The notes beneath the pieces were generated by a model that made no database searches, was not told the origin of the DNA, and saw nothing but the letters and a program-made list of their open reading frames with translations. Below are positions 1 through 13,229 of a stretch of DNA of 64,000 nt, piece after piece; within the stretch, counting starts at the first letter, position 1; each line of letters starts with the position of its first letter. The stretch is from Octopus sinensis. Its lineage: Eukaryota. The stretch is from positions 158,472,001 to 158,536,000 of the forward strand of contig NC_043000.1 in the NCBI RefSeq assembly GCF_006345805.1. Direction: 5' to 3'. Position numbers and translations under genes: made by a program.

Positions 1-940
1 GAGCCTTCAACAACACTTGAAAAAACAAACATTTGATATCGTGCTGTTATCGAATACGTGCCAAAAATTTATAACCCCCCCCCCAAGCTACATGCATGCT
101 GACATAGTTGCTACATTAGGAGATTACTTCCGAGCTTTATGAACCGTACAAAAGTGGGCAGCCGAATTTATGAGGAGAAGGGAGAGTCTTGAACATGACC
201 CAAGGGAGACATTTATCGCGTTCAGCACATGTTGATGGCTGAGAGGTGATTGACTATAAATAAGATAGTCAACGGTATTAGCATATCCAGTGAAAGAATT
301 GAGAATAGCCTGCATAACGAACTTGGCGTGACAAACGTTTTCGCTCGGTGTGTACCTTGTAATCTGACACCTGATCAAAAGAACCTCAGTCCGATCACAT
401 CAGGGGGAAATCTAACATTGTACGAGGCAAATCGAACTAGTTTACTTGAACGTTCCCTTACGCAGGATGATTGTAGGTTTCATGACTTCGAACCTGAGAC
501 AAAAAGACAATCCTCCTCTGCACCAAGTGAGACCAAAATTGTTCCATCAGCAGGTAAAGTGATGGCCTCAGTTTTATGGGGGTGCGAAATACGTTGAGTT
601 TATTTCTTCAAGCAGACCACACTATCAATAGAGAGTACTATGCTAAATTGTTGAAGAAGTTACGAAAGTCGTTCACGATGAAACATTCAGGAAAACGTAC
701 GAAAGGTGACATGCTTCATCGGTTTCAATGACTGCTGTGCGTGACTGTAGCTTTGAACTGTTTGATCAGCCTTCCTCTTCTCGTGATTTCCTTACATTTG
801 ACTATTATCTGTTCACAGGATCACAAAGCTGATGGGAGAAGTATGTGGACCGCAAGGACTATGTTAAAAACTAAAGCTCATTTGGTCACATTCCATAAGA
901 ATACGATAGTCAGCCTATGAACGTTTCAACCGAACTCTTA
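1..940 (+). mobile_element. Decayed mariner-type (Tc1/mariner) transposon, transposase pseudogene
   Basis: ORF 250-597 gives FARCVPCNLTPDQK (~ARWVPxxLTxxQK), TQDDCRFHDFEPETKRQS and SAGKVMASVLW. 755-815 reads ELFDQPSSSRDFLTFDYYLF (~HPPYSPDLAPSDYxLF). A C-terminal 'KCVD..GDYVEK*'-like stretch lies at ~838-875. Multiple frameshifts and stops. Confidence 0.9.
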
Positions 941-2171
941 TGATGAATTACTGTTGATGTTGAAGCTGTTCTAACAGTCGAGATGCTTTTGTCATGTATG
1001 TAGGAATAAAGGGTTAATGACAACCAATGATCGTAGCCCCACTATTAATGCTCTTATCACCTGTCAGATACTGCTTCAGTTATTACATTCGTGCATGTTA
1101 GAGTATATGACATTTAATAATTTATCTAAATCTTTCGATATACGTACCATTGTCAATGATAATTAACGAGTCTATAAGGACAACCATAAGTATAAATTTT
1201 CAGTTTCGCTGTCAGACATTTTCTATCGCGAACATTTACTAAAAACTGTTTTGGCATTAGTTCATGAAATTTACATTAATTTTTGTCATTTTAATCAGCA
1301 CCATATTCTGAAAACTTATGTTTCCACTACGCCTCAGCCTGTACGTGTTAATTCTCACCTTTGAATATGTAGCGACACGGAAAAAAGCTACAAAGCAATG
1401 ATCAGGTTTACAATGTACCTCATATTTCATGAGCTAAATTACAAGTAGTCACACAGCAATTACCACGCTCACTCACTTGTTCTGAAATTCTGGCAATATA
1501 TACTCAAATTAATTTGACACATAATATGATTTCAACTGCTAAGCTATCATGCACATTACTAATATTTCCTAATTCTCACTAACAAAGGAATTCGAGTGCA
1601 GCGATAATTTTACTTAAAGTAATTAATTAAAAGCTAGATTTTTCTTTTTTATTGCCCATCACCATCACCTACATTAACTTTCTTTGCAAGAAGAAAGAAA
1701 TAGTATAATTAAACAGTTTCATATTCTTTAATTCAGATCGGTTCAACAATGCCAAACATTATTTAATTATTTATAATTAAAAAGGGAATATAATATCTTT
1801 GGCAGTTACAAACCTAATGTAGTTAAAGAAGAAAAACACACATTGAATTCAATTGAAAATAGGACGGCATAAATATATATGCCTATTAAATTGATGATGA
1901 TGTTGATTAATGGTCGTGATGTTGATTGATGATTTCAGTCAATGGAGTGCAGTCGGTGGTGTTGGTAGTGGCGGTGATACTGATAATGATGATAAAGCTG
2001 CTGACGCTGATATATTCCATTGCAGTCGTATATCGGAAACTGTTACAAATGACATCTACATTTAGCTTGCTTCGTGCAGGTCAGCATTCATCTACGATCT
2101 ATAGACAATGACATAATGAGAGACACATGATATCCTCTATGAACAATCAACCCACTAAACTGTCACTCAAC

Positions 2172-2327
2172 CTGCACGTAAAGCAGCTAAATCTCTCCAA
2201 ATTTGCATCTTCTACTAACAAAAATATCAAGGACACCTTGAATAATGCTGTCTTCGATATATTATGTCTGAAACAAGCTAAATGTTTCAAGAGACTTTGA
2301 TCATGGAACTTCTCGTTAGATGCTAAG
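2172..2327 (-). CDS. Candidate internal exon (156 nt, phase 2-2), product unknown
   Basis: Acceptor ttatgtttattgtttatttgcag|c; single open frame LASNEKFHDQSLLKHLACF...RFSCFTC; weak donor AG|GTTGAG. Phase-compatible with candidate 3210-3399. Confidence 0.2.
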
Positions 2328-2682
2328 CTGCAAATAAACAATAAACATAACAAAAATATTTCTCACATAGCAAACAATATTTCTTCGTCATTTTGATGCA
2401 ACAATGGAGTTTCTAAGATATCATTCAGAATGCAAGAGAACGGAGCGAATCTCCTAGAAATCACATCTTGCTGACAATGGAAGCAATAGAGAATGCAGTT
2501 TTAATGCAATTGAAATACTATAGATTTAGAGTTGTGCTGGTATTCCAATATATATCGCATGCATAACCAATTCAGCTCGCTTCTCATACTGGAGGGTATT
2601 ATATATGTTACAAGAAATGTAAAAATATCATATTATATTATTTATATCATATGTATATACATACATTCGTACATGACGTATA

Positions 2683-2743
2683 TCTTCTTCTTCTTTCTTC
2701 TTCTTCTTCTTCTTCTTCTTCTTCTTCTTCTTCTTCTTCTTCC

Positions 2744-2803
<60 letters not shown>

Positions 2804-2823
2804 CAGTAGTAGTAGTAGTAGTA
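2683..2823. repeat. Compound microsatellite (TTC)n-(TAT)n-(AGT)n
   Basis: Direct reading; source of the poly-L/I/K/N ORFs. Confidence 0.97.
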
Positions 2824-2825
2824 TT

Positions 2826-2945
2826 GAGTGAGAGAGCAGCGCATGCCATGAAAGTGACACTGGGGTAAAATAGCGAAGCCCAGTAAGCCCATCATGGCTA
2901 CCCGTCTGATAAGGGTACACCAGGCACATGCATCACAACCAAATG
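2826..2945 (-). mobile_element. 3' fragment of interspersed repeat family R (see 21703-22200, 22349-23232)
   Basis: Reverse complement of the ...atggcatgcactgctctctcact terminus of the two other copies; abuts a triplet tail. Confidence 0.85.
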
Positions 2946-3040
2946 TTCTTCTTCTTCTTCTTCTTCTTCTTCTTCTTCTTCTTCTTCTTCTTCTTCTTCT
3001 TCTTCTTCTTCTTCTTCTTCTTCTTCGTCTTCTTCTTCTG
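2946..3040. repeat. (TTC)n microsatellite
   Basis: Direct reading. Confidence 0.97.
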
Positions 3041-3209
3041 CTACATTGGATGGACTATGAGTTGCAAGTTATCGCAGCTCTGTTCTAAACATGCTAGGAA
3101 AAGTATTCTATCTGTATTTTACACTGACGTCTCCGCAAAAATGTGGTTTGAAACATTTTTACTACCAGCACCTCCCTTGATTTCGTTCGAAGTATCCTAG
3201 ACTGCTTAC

Positions 3210-3399
3210 CATATATGATTGAGACTCATCTGAATTTTGTTATTAGCCTGTAGCAGAAAAGACGGTTGAATGACGCTAAGGAGTGTCAATACAGCCATGG
3301 AACTGCGAGCTAACTCTTCGAAAGCCCACATTGTTTTGAATATCATTGTTACCATGCTTAAGCACGAAGAGGCATTGTCTGCTGTTTTTGCTGGAGAAG
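3210..3399 (-). CDS. Candidate internal exon (190 nt, phase 1-2), product unknown
   Basis: Acceptor ttttccccgttacacag|, strong donor ATG|GTAAGC. Only one frame is open: SPAKTADNASSCLSMVTMIFKTMWAFEELARSS...QMSLNHI. Confidence 0.3.
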
Positions 3400-4779
3400 C
3401 TGTGTAACGGGGAAAATATTTATAGATTTGTGTCCTCAGTGCAAGTCCCCATTATTAGTTGTCATAATTAAAAACGGAGACAAAGCAGAAGTAGCTAAGA
3501 CTAATTGGAAACAGTGCTTCCACAAAACAATAGCACAAGTACTTCATATTCACCCTGTGCAAAAGTACACGTGCAAAACTACACCGAATCAGAAATATAT
3601 AAAATACTTTTATTACTCTCTATATCTTGTCATTCACAGTCACACACGCACATATATATGCATACATCTACGCATACGTATATACTTGCGTTTGTCTGTG
3701 TGCTTCTATGTGTGTATATAAGTGAGGAGCTCTATAGTGAATGAGAAACACTCTCAATGGGAATCCGATAATAATCGAAGTGTCAACTGCTTGGAATGCA
3801 ATGCAGAATAATAAATATACTTGTAATAAAGAATTAATATACCGGAAGCTTCAATAATTATTGAAGATTCGTTTCATACTCTAGTGGATCAAAATACAGT
3901 AAAAATATCCTATTTAAGTGTTATTGTAAAGGAAAATTGTGACCTTAGTATTTTCACCCAACTTTTAGAGGAGAATATGATAAAGTGCTCAGATTCCAAC
4001 AGCTGCTATTTCACTTTCGTAGTAAATTATGATTGATATTCATTTATGGGGCATTAGATTTATATATAGATGTCAAGAAAGGGAAGAGCAAGTATGACCA
4101 TGGTATATATTTACATCTATTTAAAACGTATATACAGTTCACTTATATTTACTTCCTTTCATATTAATCGAAATGGTTTCAGATGCATACGTAAAGAACA
4201 TATTCCACATCACTTATCTATAATATATAGTTACCTCGTTGTCTCTCTGTTCTTCGTTTCATTCTTCCAGCGTTTCTTCTTCCTTACATATTAAAAGAAC
4301 TTATACATATTTCGTAATGAATTATCTTCACCTCAAGAACCATCTGTTAGTGCACGTAAAGTGTATTCGCATCTCAGGGAATTGTTTGGGGCTTTTCGTT
4401 CATACTTCGTGACTAAACAAATTATCTTCCGTTGGATTCAGCTATGTATCTCAAAATAGGTAGCAAATTCATGGGAATTTTAATGTTCTAGGTAGCTGAA
4501 ATATTTCTTTATGTTCTTATCTTTAAGCGAAAGTATTGCTAAATGTTGAAAATACATCGTAAATTCATTCTCCTACCTCCGGTCTAATTGACACACACTA
4601 ACTGTGGCAGAATATAAAGAAGATAGCGCCAACAGCCAAACTCTAGAATATGTTACACAACATTCTACAACGTCTTGCATCTTAGAAATAAATAAATATC
4701 ATATTCTAAAGTTGTGTAACTTGAGAAAATCAGCTTAATTATGCAAACTCTTTCGTTGAAAGTATCATATGGAACTTAC

Positions 4780-4893
4780 GAAACAGTCCTCAAATTTTCG
4801 GCAAACCTCGTAATTCTTAAGTCGTTTGTAATCTACTATGATATAAGATACCCAAGCGATTACATACTCTCCTGTAGAATCCAATTTCTTTGC
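4780..4893 (-). CDS. Candidate internal exon (114 nt, phase 0-0), product unknown
   Basis: Acceptor tattttacag|, donor TTC|GTAAGT. Only one frame is open: AKKLDSTGEYVIAWVSYIIVDYKRLKNYEVCRKFEDCF. Confidence 0.3.
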
Positions 4894-5173
4894 CTGTAAA
4901 ATAGCCGAAACTATGAATCAGCTGCTTTCCCGTATTGATGGACATTCCTTGTTAATTAGATGATTCGAGTAAAAAGTACGTGAAAGATTATTTTTTAAAA
5001 CGGAAAAATGTATCAGGAATACAAATAAGTTATCCGTATATGGTTACCGTTTCCTTTCTTCTAATTGGACCGAAATATTTTAAGACTGAATTTTAATGGC
5101 GAAAAAAAAAATGACTGACCATCAAGCTGCTAAAACATGTCTCCGTTTTACATTATACTTTCGTGTGCAGTAG

Positions 5174-5752
<579 letters not shown>

Positions 5753-5936
5753 ATTTCTTAACTTGCTAATCTCATGCATCAGTGAATTTCGGTGAATAAA
5801 ACAATCTCTACAAACATCCTGACCATAAAGAGAAAAAGAACGTTTTGTATCTACGTTAGTCATTAATTTCGTGTTATGTTTTGAAGCACATGGGTCTGCT
5901 GTCCATCGAACATGTCTTTAAGTAGTTCACTTAAGT

Positions 5937-6314
5937 GGAGGCGCAGTGGTTAGGGTAGCGGACTCGCGGTCGTAGGATCGCGGTTTCGATTCCCAGACCG
6001 GGCGTTGTGAGTGTTTATTGAGCGAAATCACCTAAAAGCTCCACGAGGCTCCGGCAGGGGATGGTGGTGATCCCTGCTGTACTCTTTCACCACAACTTTC
6101 TCTCATTCTTTCTTCCTGTTTCTGTTGTACCTGTATTTCAAAGGGTCAGCCTTGTCACACTCTGTGTCACGCTGACTATCCCCGAAAACTACGTTAAGGG
6201 TACACGTGTCTGTGGAGTGCTCAGCCACTTACACGTTAATTTCACGAGCAGGCTGTTCCGTTGATTCGGATCAACCGGAACCCTCGTCGTCGTAACCAAC
6301 GGAGTGCTTCCACA
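5937..6314 (+). mobile_element. SINE, body A + tail T1
   Basis: tRNA-like head with A/B-box-like motifs (gtggttagg, gtttcgattcc); near-identical to 53691-54067 and 24711-25099. Confidence 0.92.
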
Positions 6315-7033
6315 CTGTTTACTTAAACATTGAAACACAAACATGATGTATTTGCATCTGAGCACCCTTGTCCTTGCTACTAATTTGGCACTAGTTTCAA
6401 GACCATAGATTTATTTGGATTGAACATACGTTTAATCATTGCGTATGAGTATTGTAATTCAACATGATTTATTTATATCAGAAGCTCATAGTCGTTACCG
6501 ATTTTTCAAAATAATTTCATGACAATAATCTCACCCTTCATTTATTCATTGTATAGTTGTACATTAATCAAAAGACAACGTCTATATAATTATATCTAAT
6601 AAATTAGATTCAACATATAGATAAATATAATAAACAGTGATATAAGTGAAAGCAAAGGAAATAAAATGGAAAATGCCTTTATAGAAAATATGCATTCATT
6701 CTTAAACTGCCACTATATGCTGCTACCAGTGCTGCTGCAATTGCTTTTCCTGTGACAGATTTCTATTAATGTAGCATTTGCTATCATATTAATATGAAGA
6801 AGAATAACCTTTAACATCAATCGCAGCAACAAAGAATAAGAATGCTAATCGTCTCACATAGAACATGTAATAGGATTTCGGTTCTAACGCGGAAAAAAAC
6901 GGAAGAAAAGAAAGCAACGTATTATATTCACATAATATCTGAATGAAGATTAATACGTGCTTAACACATAGCTGTTGTCAGGGGATTAGGAACTGGATAA
7001 CTGCAGGGTAGGATTGCTGGTAAGACACCACTG

Positions 7034-7386
<353 letters not shown>

Positions 7387-7629
7387 TAGACGCACGCACA
7401 TACACACACACATGCATAATATTAAGCAAATTAGCTAGGGAATAGCCATGTTTAAATGGCGATGAACTTTACTTCTATATATGTTATTCATTTTCATTTA
7501 TTAGCTCCAGTTTGAGACCTGCGGCAAAGCTGGGGCACCCCCTTAACTTTAGTGCACTTACACCGCTTGAAACCTCTTCTAACATGTGCCATTTTTGAAT
7601 GAACTACTTTGCTGTAGCTGCCCTCTCTG

Positions 7630-7930
7630 TGTTTCCTACTGAAGGTAGGTACATCCAGAACTCTTAACAGGAGGGGATCTAGTTCTGCTTTGAAGACACC
7701 TACATCGAAGTCCTGTAAATTTCATAAGTGTTTTGGGAGGATAAGGAGGAGCTCTTTGCCCTTGAAACCTAAGCTGTTGCATTATCTTGTCCTGTATCTT
7801 GACGTTAGGGCCTTCAGCACAATGCATTGCCGCCCCGCTCTGCTGTTCTTGTAACATTCAATGCCAAATTACGTGCAAGTCCTTTAAGAATGTTGTAGAG
7901 TACAGTATAAAGCTTGTCCACATTCATATT
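7630..7930 (-). mobile_element. CR1/L2-superclade LINE, decayed RT C-terminal fragment
   Basis: Minus frame reads CNSLGFKGKELLLILPKHL*NLQDFDVGVFKAELDPLLLRVLDVPT, matching the NSLxxxGPxLFNxLPxxLRxx..VxxFKxxLDxxL..VPD LINE tail pattern. Confidence 0.75.
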
Positions 7931-8325
7931 TGCCCTGTGCTATCCATTAGTGAAATTATACGTACTACCAAGTTGCGTTTGGATATCTGTCGTGTGTGAG
8001 TAGATAATTGAATAAAAAACAGAGTCGACAATAGGGGTAGGGTTGGATATTTATTTTTTAATCACTCCAGTTGTTCCTACGCAACGTAGTTCTCCAGGTG
8101 TGCAGGTGCTAGGTTATGCAACTGCTTCCCTGCAATATGAGATCTAGTTGCTTTCCTGAGACGACATGTAATTATCGTCCCCGTAAGTTTAAAATCCTCC
8201 GCTTGAAGAACATCCTATCTCTCTGTCGTAGCCTGAATTTCATAGTAGTCTCTGAGCTTATTAGGGTGTGTTGTCATTGGCAATATATAATATGTACTTC
8301 CTTTAAATCTTCTAAATATTATATA

Positions 8326-8718
8326 ATAGCAGTATAACCCGGCGTTGCTCGGGTTTCTTTCGACCCTTTAGAATTGGCATTTTTGAAAAGTAAAAAATTT
8401 GCATTATGTAGCTTGTTATTCTCTTTAAGTGAACATTTTTCTGGTTGAAATACACCGAGAAATGGCGACAGAGTAGTCAAAAAAATCGTCAAAATTAGGG
8501 ATTTTCATAGAAAATAAGCACCTTTTTCATGTAAATAATCTTTGGTGTTAACATGGTCCGATTTGAATTTTGTCTTCTACGGAAGGAAGAGAAAGCCTTC
8601 TTCTATCATACTCTCAATTTTGGTCAACTTGTGCCGCAGGGTCTCGGAGGAGATAGTGTTAGTTGAAGGCTACCAAATCTTCCATACACAGACAACTTCA
8701 GCTTTATATATAGAGAGA
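8326..8718 (-). mobile_element. Non-autonomous Helitron (~390 bp)
   Basis: Minus strand begins A^TC and ends CTAT^T (CTAG variant), with a GC-rich hairpin cccgagcaacgccggg just upstream. Termini are shared with 12841-13227. Confidence 0.7.
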
Positions 8719-9199
8719 TTATATATCATCCCGTATTGATGGACATTCCTTGTTAATTAGCTGATTTAAAGCATGTACATTCCGTGCGTAAATTTACATC
8801 AACCGTTTTAAAAGGGTTAACTTTTCCAACAATAATGGATTCAAGATTAAAATAGAAGTATTTATACTACAACATACTTCAGTCTTCGGATGCAATTATC
8901 TTTAAAATGTTCATATATCATAGAAACGTCAATTGTTTGTAAAAGAACAAACGATCAAGCTAAACTGTTGACATTCAATCGAAGCATCATTCATAATTCA
9001 AAAATTCTAATTATCCTCATTAGATCAAACATCTAATGTAACACCGTTTGTTTTCTAATTCTCTCTCGAATTCTTTTCAGACCTCATGACATTCTGAAAT
9101 ATGTCAACGCTAACAAGAAACATTTAACCACAATTTAACACCATGATACTGTAGGTATGATAACTCACTGAATATTTCAGTTTAATGCCAAATATCATA

Positions 9200-9830
9200 A
9201 ATAGAACCCGCCAATCATTAGTTCTTTAGTATGCTTCATGAAAATCATATATAGGCAATATCAGCAAAACTATTTTGGAATCTATCATCTCGAATCCTAA
9301 GCTAAATTCCAACTTACCGTTTTAGAATAATGCAAATGCGACCATAGAGAGATGTATTAATGTCCAAAAGGTTAACGCATTCGCCTTCTTCCAATTCGAC
9401 ATCAAAGATTACTGTCCGACACCATCCAATCCTCCACGTATAATTTCATGAAAGAGCGCCAAAGTGTTAACTCACATAAAAGCTAAAGAAAGTTAATAAT
9501 TATAATTCGTCTTAGATCAAGAAAATTAATACTTAGCCTTTCGACTTATGCATGGCTTCCGAATATTCGTACAGCTAATTCATTCTTCAAATATTTTATG
9601 ATACTACATTTCTTTGTATCACTGGTGATGCATAAAACAGGCGACACTACTCATTCTGCACACTAAGCGCCGACCCACAGATAAAGCTTGGAAGAATCTA
9701 CATCATGTTTTTCTATACCTACATTTGTCTCTCACAACAGAACTATTACTGAAGACTTTAATTATCATCGACGTAAGTTGCGATAGGGAAGTCTCCTCAT
9801 ATAAAGCATTTTAAAATCTCACAAGACTAC
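9200..9830 (+). mobile_element. Highly decayed Penelope-like RT remnant
   Basis: GNISKTILESII at ~9255 and AFFQFDIKDYCP at ~9384 match the PLE RT motifs GxISKxILxxI and FxQFDIxDFYP. Confidence 0.6.
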
Positions 9831-10429
9831 ATTAGAGCGGTAATGGATCTCTGGTGAAGGGTCAGGTATTCCATGAACAGAATTACGTGTTCCTGAGTTA
9901 TATCATTTTAATGAAATATACAAACCAACCGATGATCTTCTTTACACATTTCGAGTACTTGATTACAATCACAAGCTATGGGCTGAACCGAAGCTATGAA
10001 AAACAGCTGCCCTAGATACCATGCAGTGGGAACGAACATTGGAATTTGTTGTGAAGTAAATTATTAAACATTCCATTCTCTGCCTACACAACGATATATA
10101 CATATACCCTCAAACCCCACTTGATGTACCATTAAAACTTTAGTGAAGAATACCTACCTCTTCCTGTCTTTGCTTTTAAATGGAAGCAGCTTCAGCACCT
10201 TATTAACGTATAAAGCGAAGCTCTTGCTGTCGATGGATACGAGAGAATGTCCAACAGAAGCGTTGTTTCATTCAATCCAGCATTCAACCTATAAGTATCT
10301 ATCTTTGTATTCATTAAAAAACAAAATATTATTACATAAACCTTTCTCACATATGAATATCTGAAATGCCTAAATGCTATCGTCGTAGTCATCGTCGTCG
10401 TCAGCTTCTCATACGCCTCATGTTTCTGC

Positions 10430-10437
10430 TGCTGCTG

Positions 10438-10502
<65 letters not shown>

Positions 10503-10503
10503 G
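10430..10503. repeat. (CTG)/(CTA)n microsatellite
   Basis: Direct reading. Confidence 0.95.
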
Positions 10504-11785
10504 TTGCAGATATGATTTGATGAAGATATTCTGCAAACTAAATATGGTCATGAAACCTATAATATCAACTGGAAAATTCCTTCTTTATCAGAAATCAGGA
10601 ACAAAAATTGCTGTCAAATTTGTCCTTGTGACTCTTACGTAATATATTTCTTTAACAGAGACAAATTTAATACGTATTCAAGTTAATTCTTCATGTAGGT
10701 AGAGTCGTTTTGAAATATGTAGCTTGAGTGAACGCTACTTCCTGATTGGTAACATTTATTCTTCACTAACGAATAAGGGGATATATACCATTTCTGCTTA
10801 CCTTCTAAAATCATCACCAAAAAATTCATTCATTTTCTGGTTTATGCTTTGAATTTAGATTTTACACAGACTGTTAATATCTTATCTGCATGAATAGTAA
10901 TGAAAGAACTATCATTGTAGGTGAACACTTATTTCTTAACAGGTAAAGATAACTCCTAACGTACAACTAATTTATTGTTTGCCGGCAGATTAAGATTAAT
11001 AATTAAGTCACTAATAAAGCAATGGCGTTGAGATAAATTCTTCTCCTACTAAAATGGTACTGATTATATCAGAACCTCAGCCCTTCAAAAATTAATGAAA
11101 GGCTTACAGTTGGATGCCAATCTCTAAGAAATGCAAGCAACGAACATTATTAGAGCGATTTTATGCCTATAGATAGAGTTAATCAATTTTGGTAAATATT
11201 CATTCATTTCGATTGAACATTAGCCGATTTCATATTTTCGTTACACAAATAATTAGCTTCTTGAGCAATTTAATATGCTTTTACAATAGAGATTGACCGA
11301 AAATAGCAATCTATTTCCATCTCTCTTCACAACACTCTTCCTGTTCTTGGTATTCAAAAAATATTTCAAAATGGTTGTGCCTTTTCGAAACAGCTTTCAG
11401 CATTAGATGCTGAGATCAGTTATCTCCTTGTAAAATATTGCAGTATTTTCACCCTCGCATACATATATGCGTACTTAGATGCATACTTACTTAAGATCAC
11501 ACACACACACACACACCACACACACACACACACACACACTGCACACACATACGCACATAAGCACGCACACATACAGACAAAGTCACGCAGACACATAAAT
11601 ATTATTAAGCAATGTGTGCAAAGGTGTCACTTTACACAGCACATGATACTAAGATCCTGGTTCGGGAGTTCCAGGCGTGTGAAGAATGTGGAACGATATT
11701 TAGGCATTATGTTTCCAGGATATTCTGATCCGAAAAAGTACCACTTGTCAGGATTTGTATTTGTGAGTTTGCATGTCATACAATT

Positions 11786-12076
11786 GGAGGTGCAATGGCC
11801 CAGTGGTTAGGGCAGTGGACTCGCGGTCGGAGAATCGCGGTTTCGATTTCCAGACCGGGCGAAAACACCTAAAGGCTCCACGAGGCTCCGACAGGGGGTG
11901 GTGGCGACTCCTGTTGTACTCTTTCGCCACAACTTTCTCTCACTCTCTCTTCCTGTTTCTTGAGTAACGCTGCAATGGACTGGCATCCCGTCCAGCTGGG
12001 AGTAACATACGCCACAGAAACCGGAAGCCGGGCCCATGAGCCTGGCTAGGCTTGAAAAGGGCGATGTTTATCGTTG
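11786..12076 (+). mobile_element. SINE, body A + tail T2
   Basis: Family A head/body followed by tail taacgctgcaatggactggcatcccgtccagc...cccatgagcctggctaggc. TSD tgtcataca(a/t)tt at 11774-11785 and 12077-12088. Confidence 0.88.
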
Positions 12077-12840
12077 TGTCATACATTTGACTCCGCCAGA
12101 TGATCACTCAAATACACCCCTAGCGAATCAGAGTAGATGATAACTAATGGGCTTGAAGCGCTTGGTGCGCCAAACCAATACAAGTTTAAAAGACGAGAAA
12201 AAAGTGATTGGATCTGCACAATCTATCTGCACAAAATAATACTGTATTGTCAGTGTGTTATGTAAACCTTGTGTAAAGTCGGATGAAGGGCCGTGGTGCA
12301 TCGAAGATCGCAGGGGCGATACGTCTTCATGGAGCAAGAAACTTTCTTGTGTGGTAAGAAATCCACCCAGAGTCTCGAGGCCAGGTGAGAATGCAGTCCT
12401 ATGGTTAACTCAAGATATATGGAGTAACATTGTGAGCATGTATAGGAAGTATACGTCAATACTGGTGTAACGTCTTTTGAAGACGAGAAGATGGTCAACG
12501 TAGCGGAGATGAGGCTTGGTGGTGGGGAAGAGTTTGAGATGTAAATGCAGTTACAGGAGGAAGATACGGAGGTTGGCCATGTTAAGATGGAGTAATGCTG
12601 AGAGAAAGAGTAAAAATTGGGGAAGTGGGGAGGTGACAAAATATGAAAAATACAAATAACGGACAATTACGCACACATACATATACGCAAATATTATTTT
12701 CTCGTATACATGTACGTGTGCATACTTATATATTTATATATGTGTGTGTGTGTATGTATAAATATAGGAGAGCTTGGTTTGGGGTGTTGAAAATGCACCA
12801 AGATCTTAAAACGTGTCGAAATTTTATATTTTATAGCACA

Positions 12841-13227
12841 CTAGCAGTATCGCCCGGGGTTGCTCGGGTTTGTAAGGGAAATAACTATATAAGCATTTTT
12901 AGAGAGTTATAGCAAAAAAATGCATTAAAAATGGGAAAAAAATTATGGTAAATTTTTTTTAAATCGTTGACTCATCGTAGACATTTTTAGAGAGTTACTT
13001 CCCTTATATAATAGCGAAAAAATGCATTAAAATGAAAAAAATGATGGTAAATTTTTTTTAAATCGTAGACTCGTCGTAGGCGCGCGCTAATACCCATAAG
13101 GGCTCGATATGACTCACGACTATAAGATACCCGGTTTTGGTTAAACTGCACCGCAAAATGTGGGAGTAGTTAGGAATCTAAATCGTAGGAGACAGACAGC
13201 ACACAACCTCACTTTTATATATAAAGA
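12841..13227 (-). mobile_element. Non-autonomous Helitron (~390 bp) with internal ~105-bp tandem duplication
   Basis: Canonical A^TC...CTAG^T termini on the minus strand. Hairpin 12853-12868 lies 12 nt from the 3' end; a short GTCT-like repeat lies near the 5' end; block catttttagagagtta...aaatcgt.gactc.tcgtag occurs twice. Confidence 0.8.
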
Positions 13228-13229
13228 TT

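Noticed and set aside
2532-3200. Poly-L/I/F/K/N ORFs in the ORF track
   Set aside because: Translations of TTC/TAT microsatellites. The same applies to the YI/IY-rich ORFs at 5.2-5.7, 26.4-26.7 and 37-38.3 kb and the F/S/L ORFs at 38.5-39 kb.
5937-6005. SINE heads as tRNA genes
   Set aside because: A/B-box-like motifs are present, but there is no closing acceptor stem and each head runs into a multicopy SINE body.
9081-9155. Plus-strand segment with good acceptor and AG|GTATGA donor
   Set aside because: Stops in all three frames, and it lies beside a decayed Penelope remnant.
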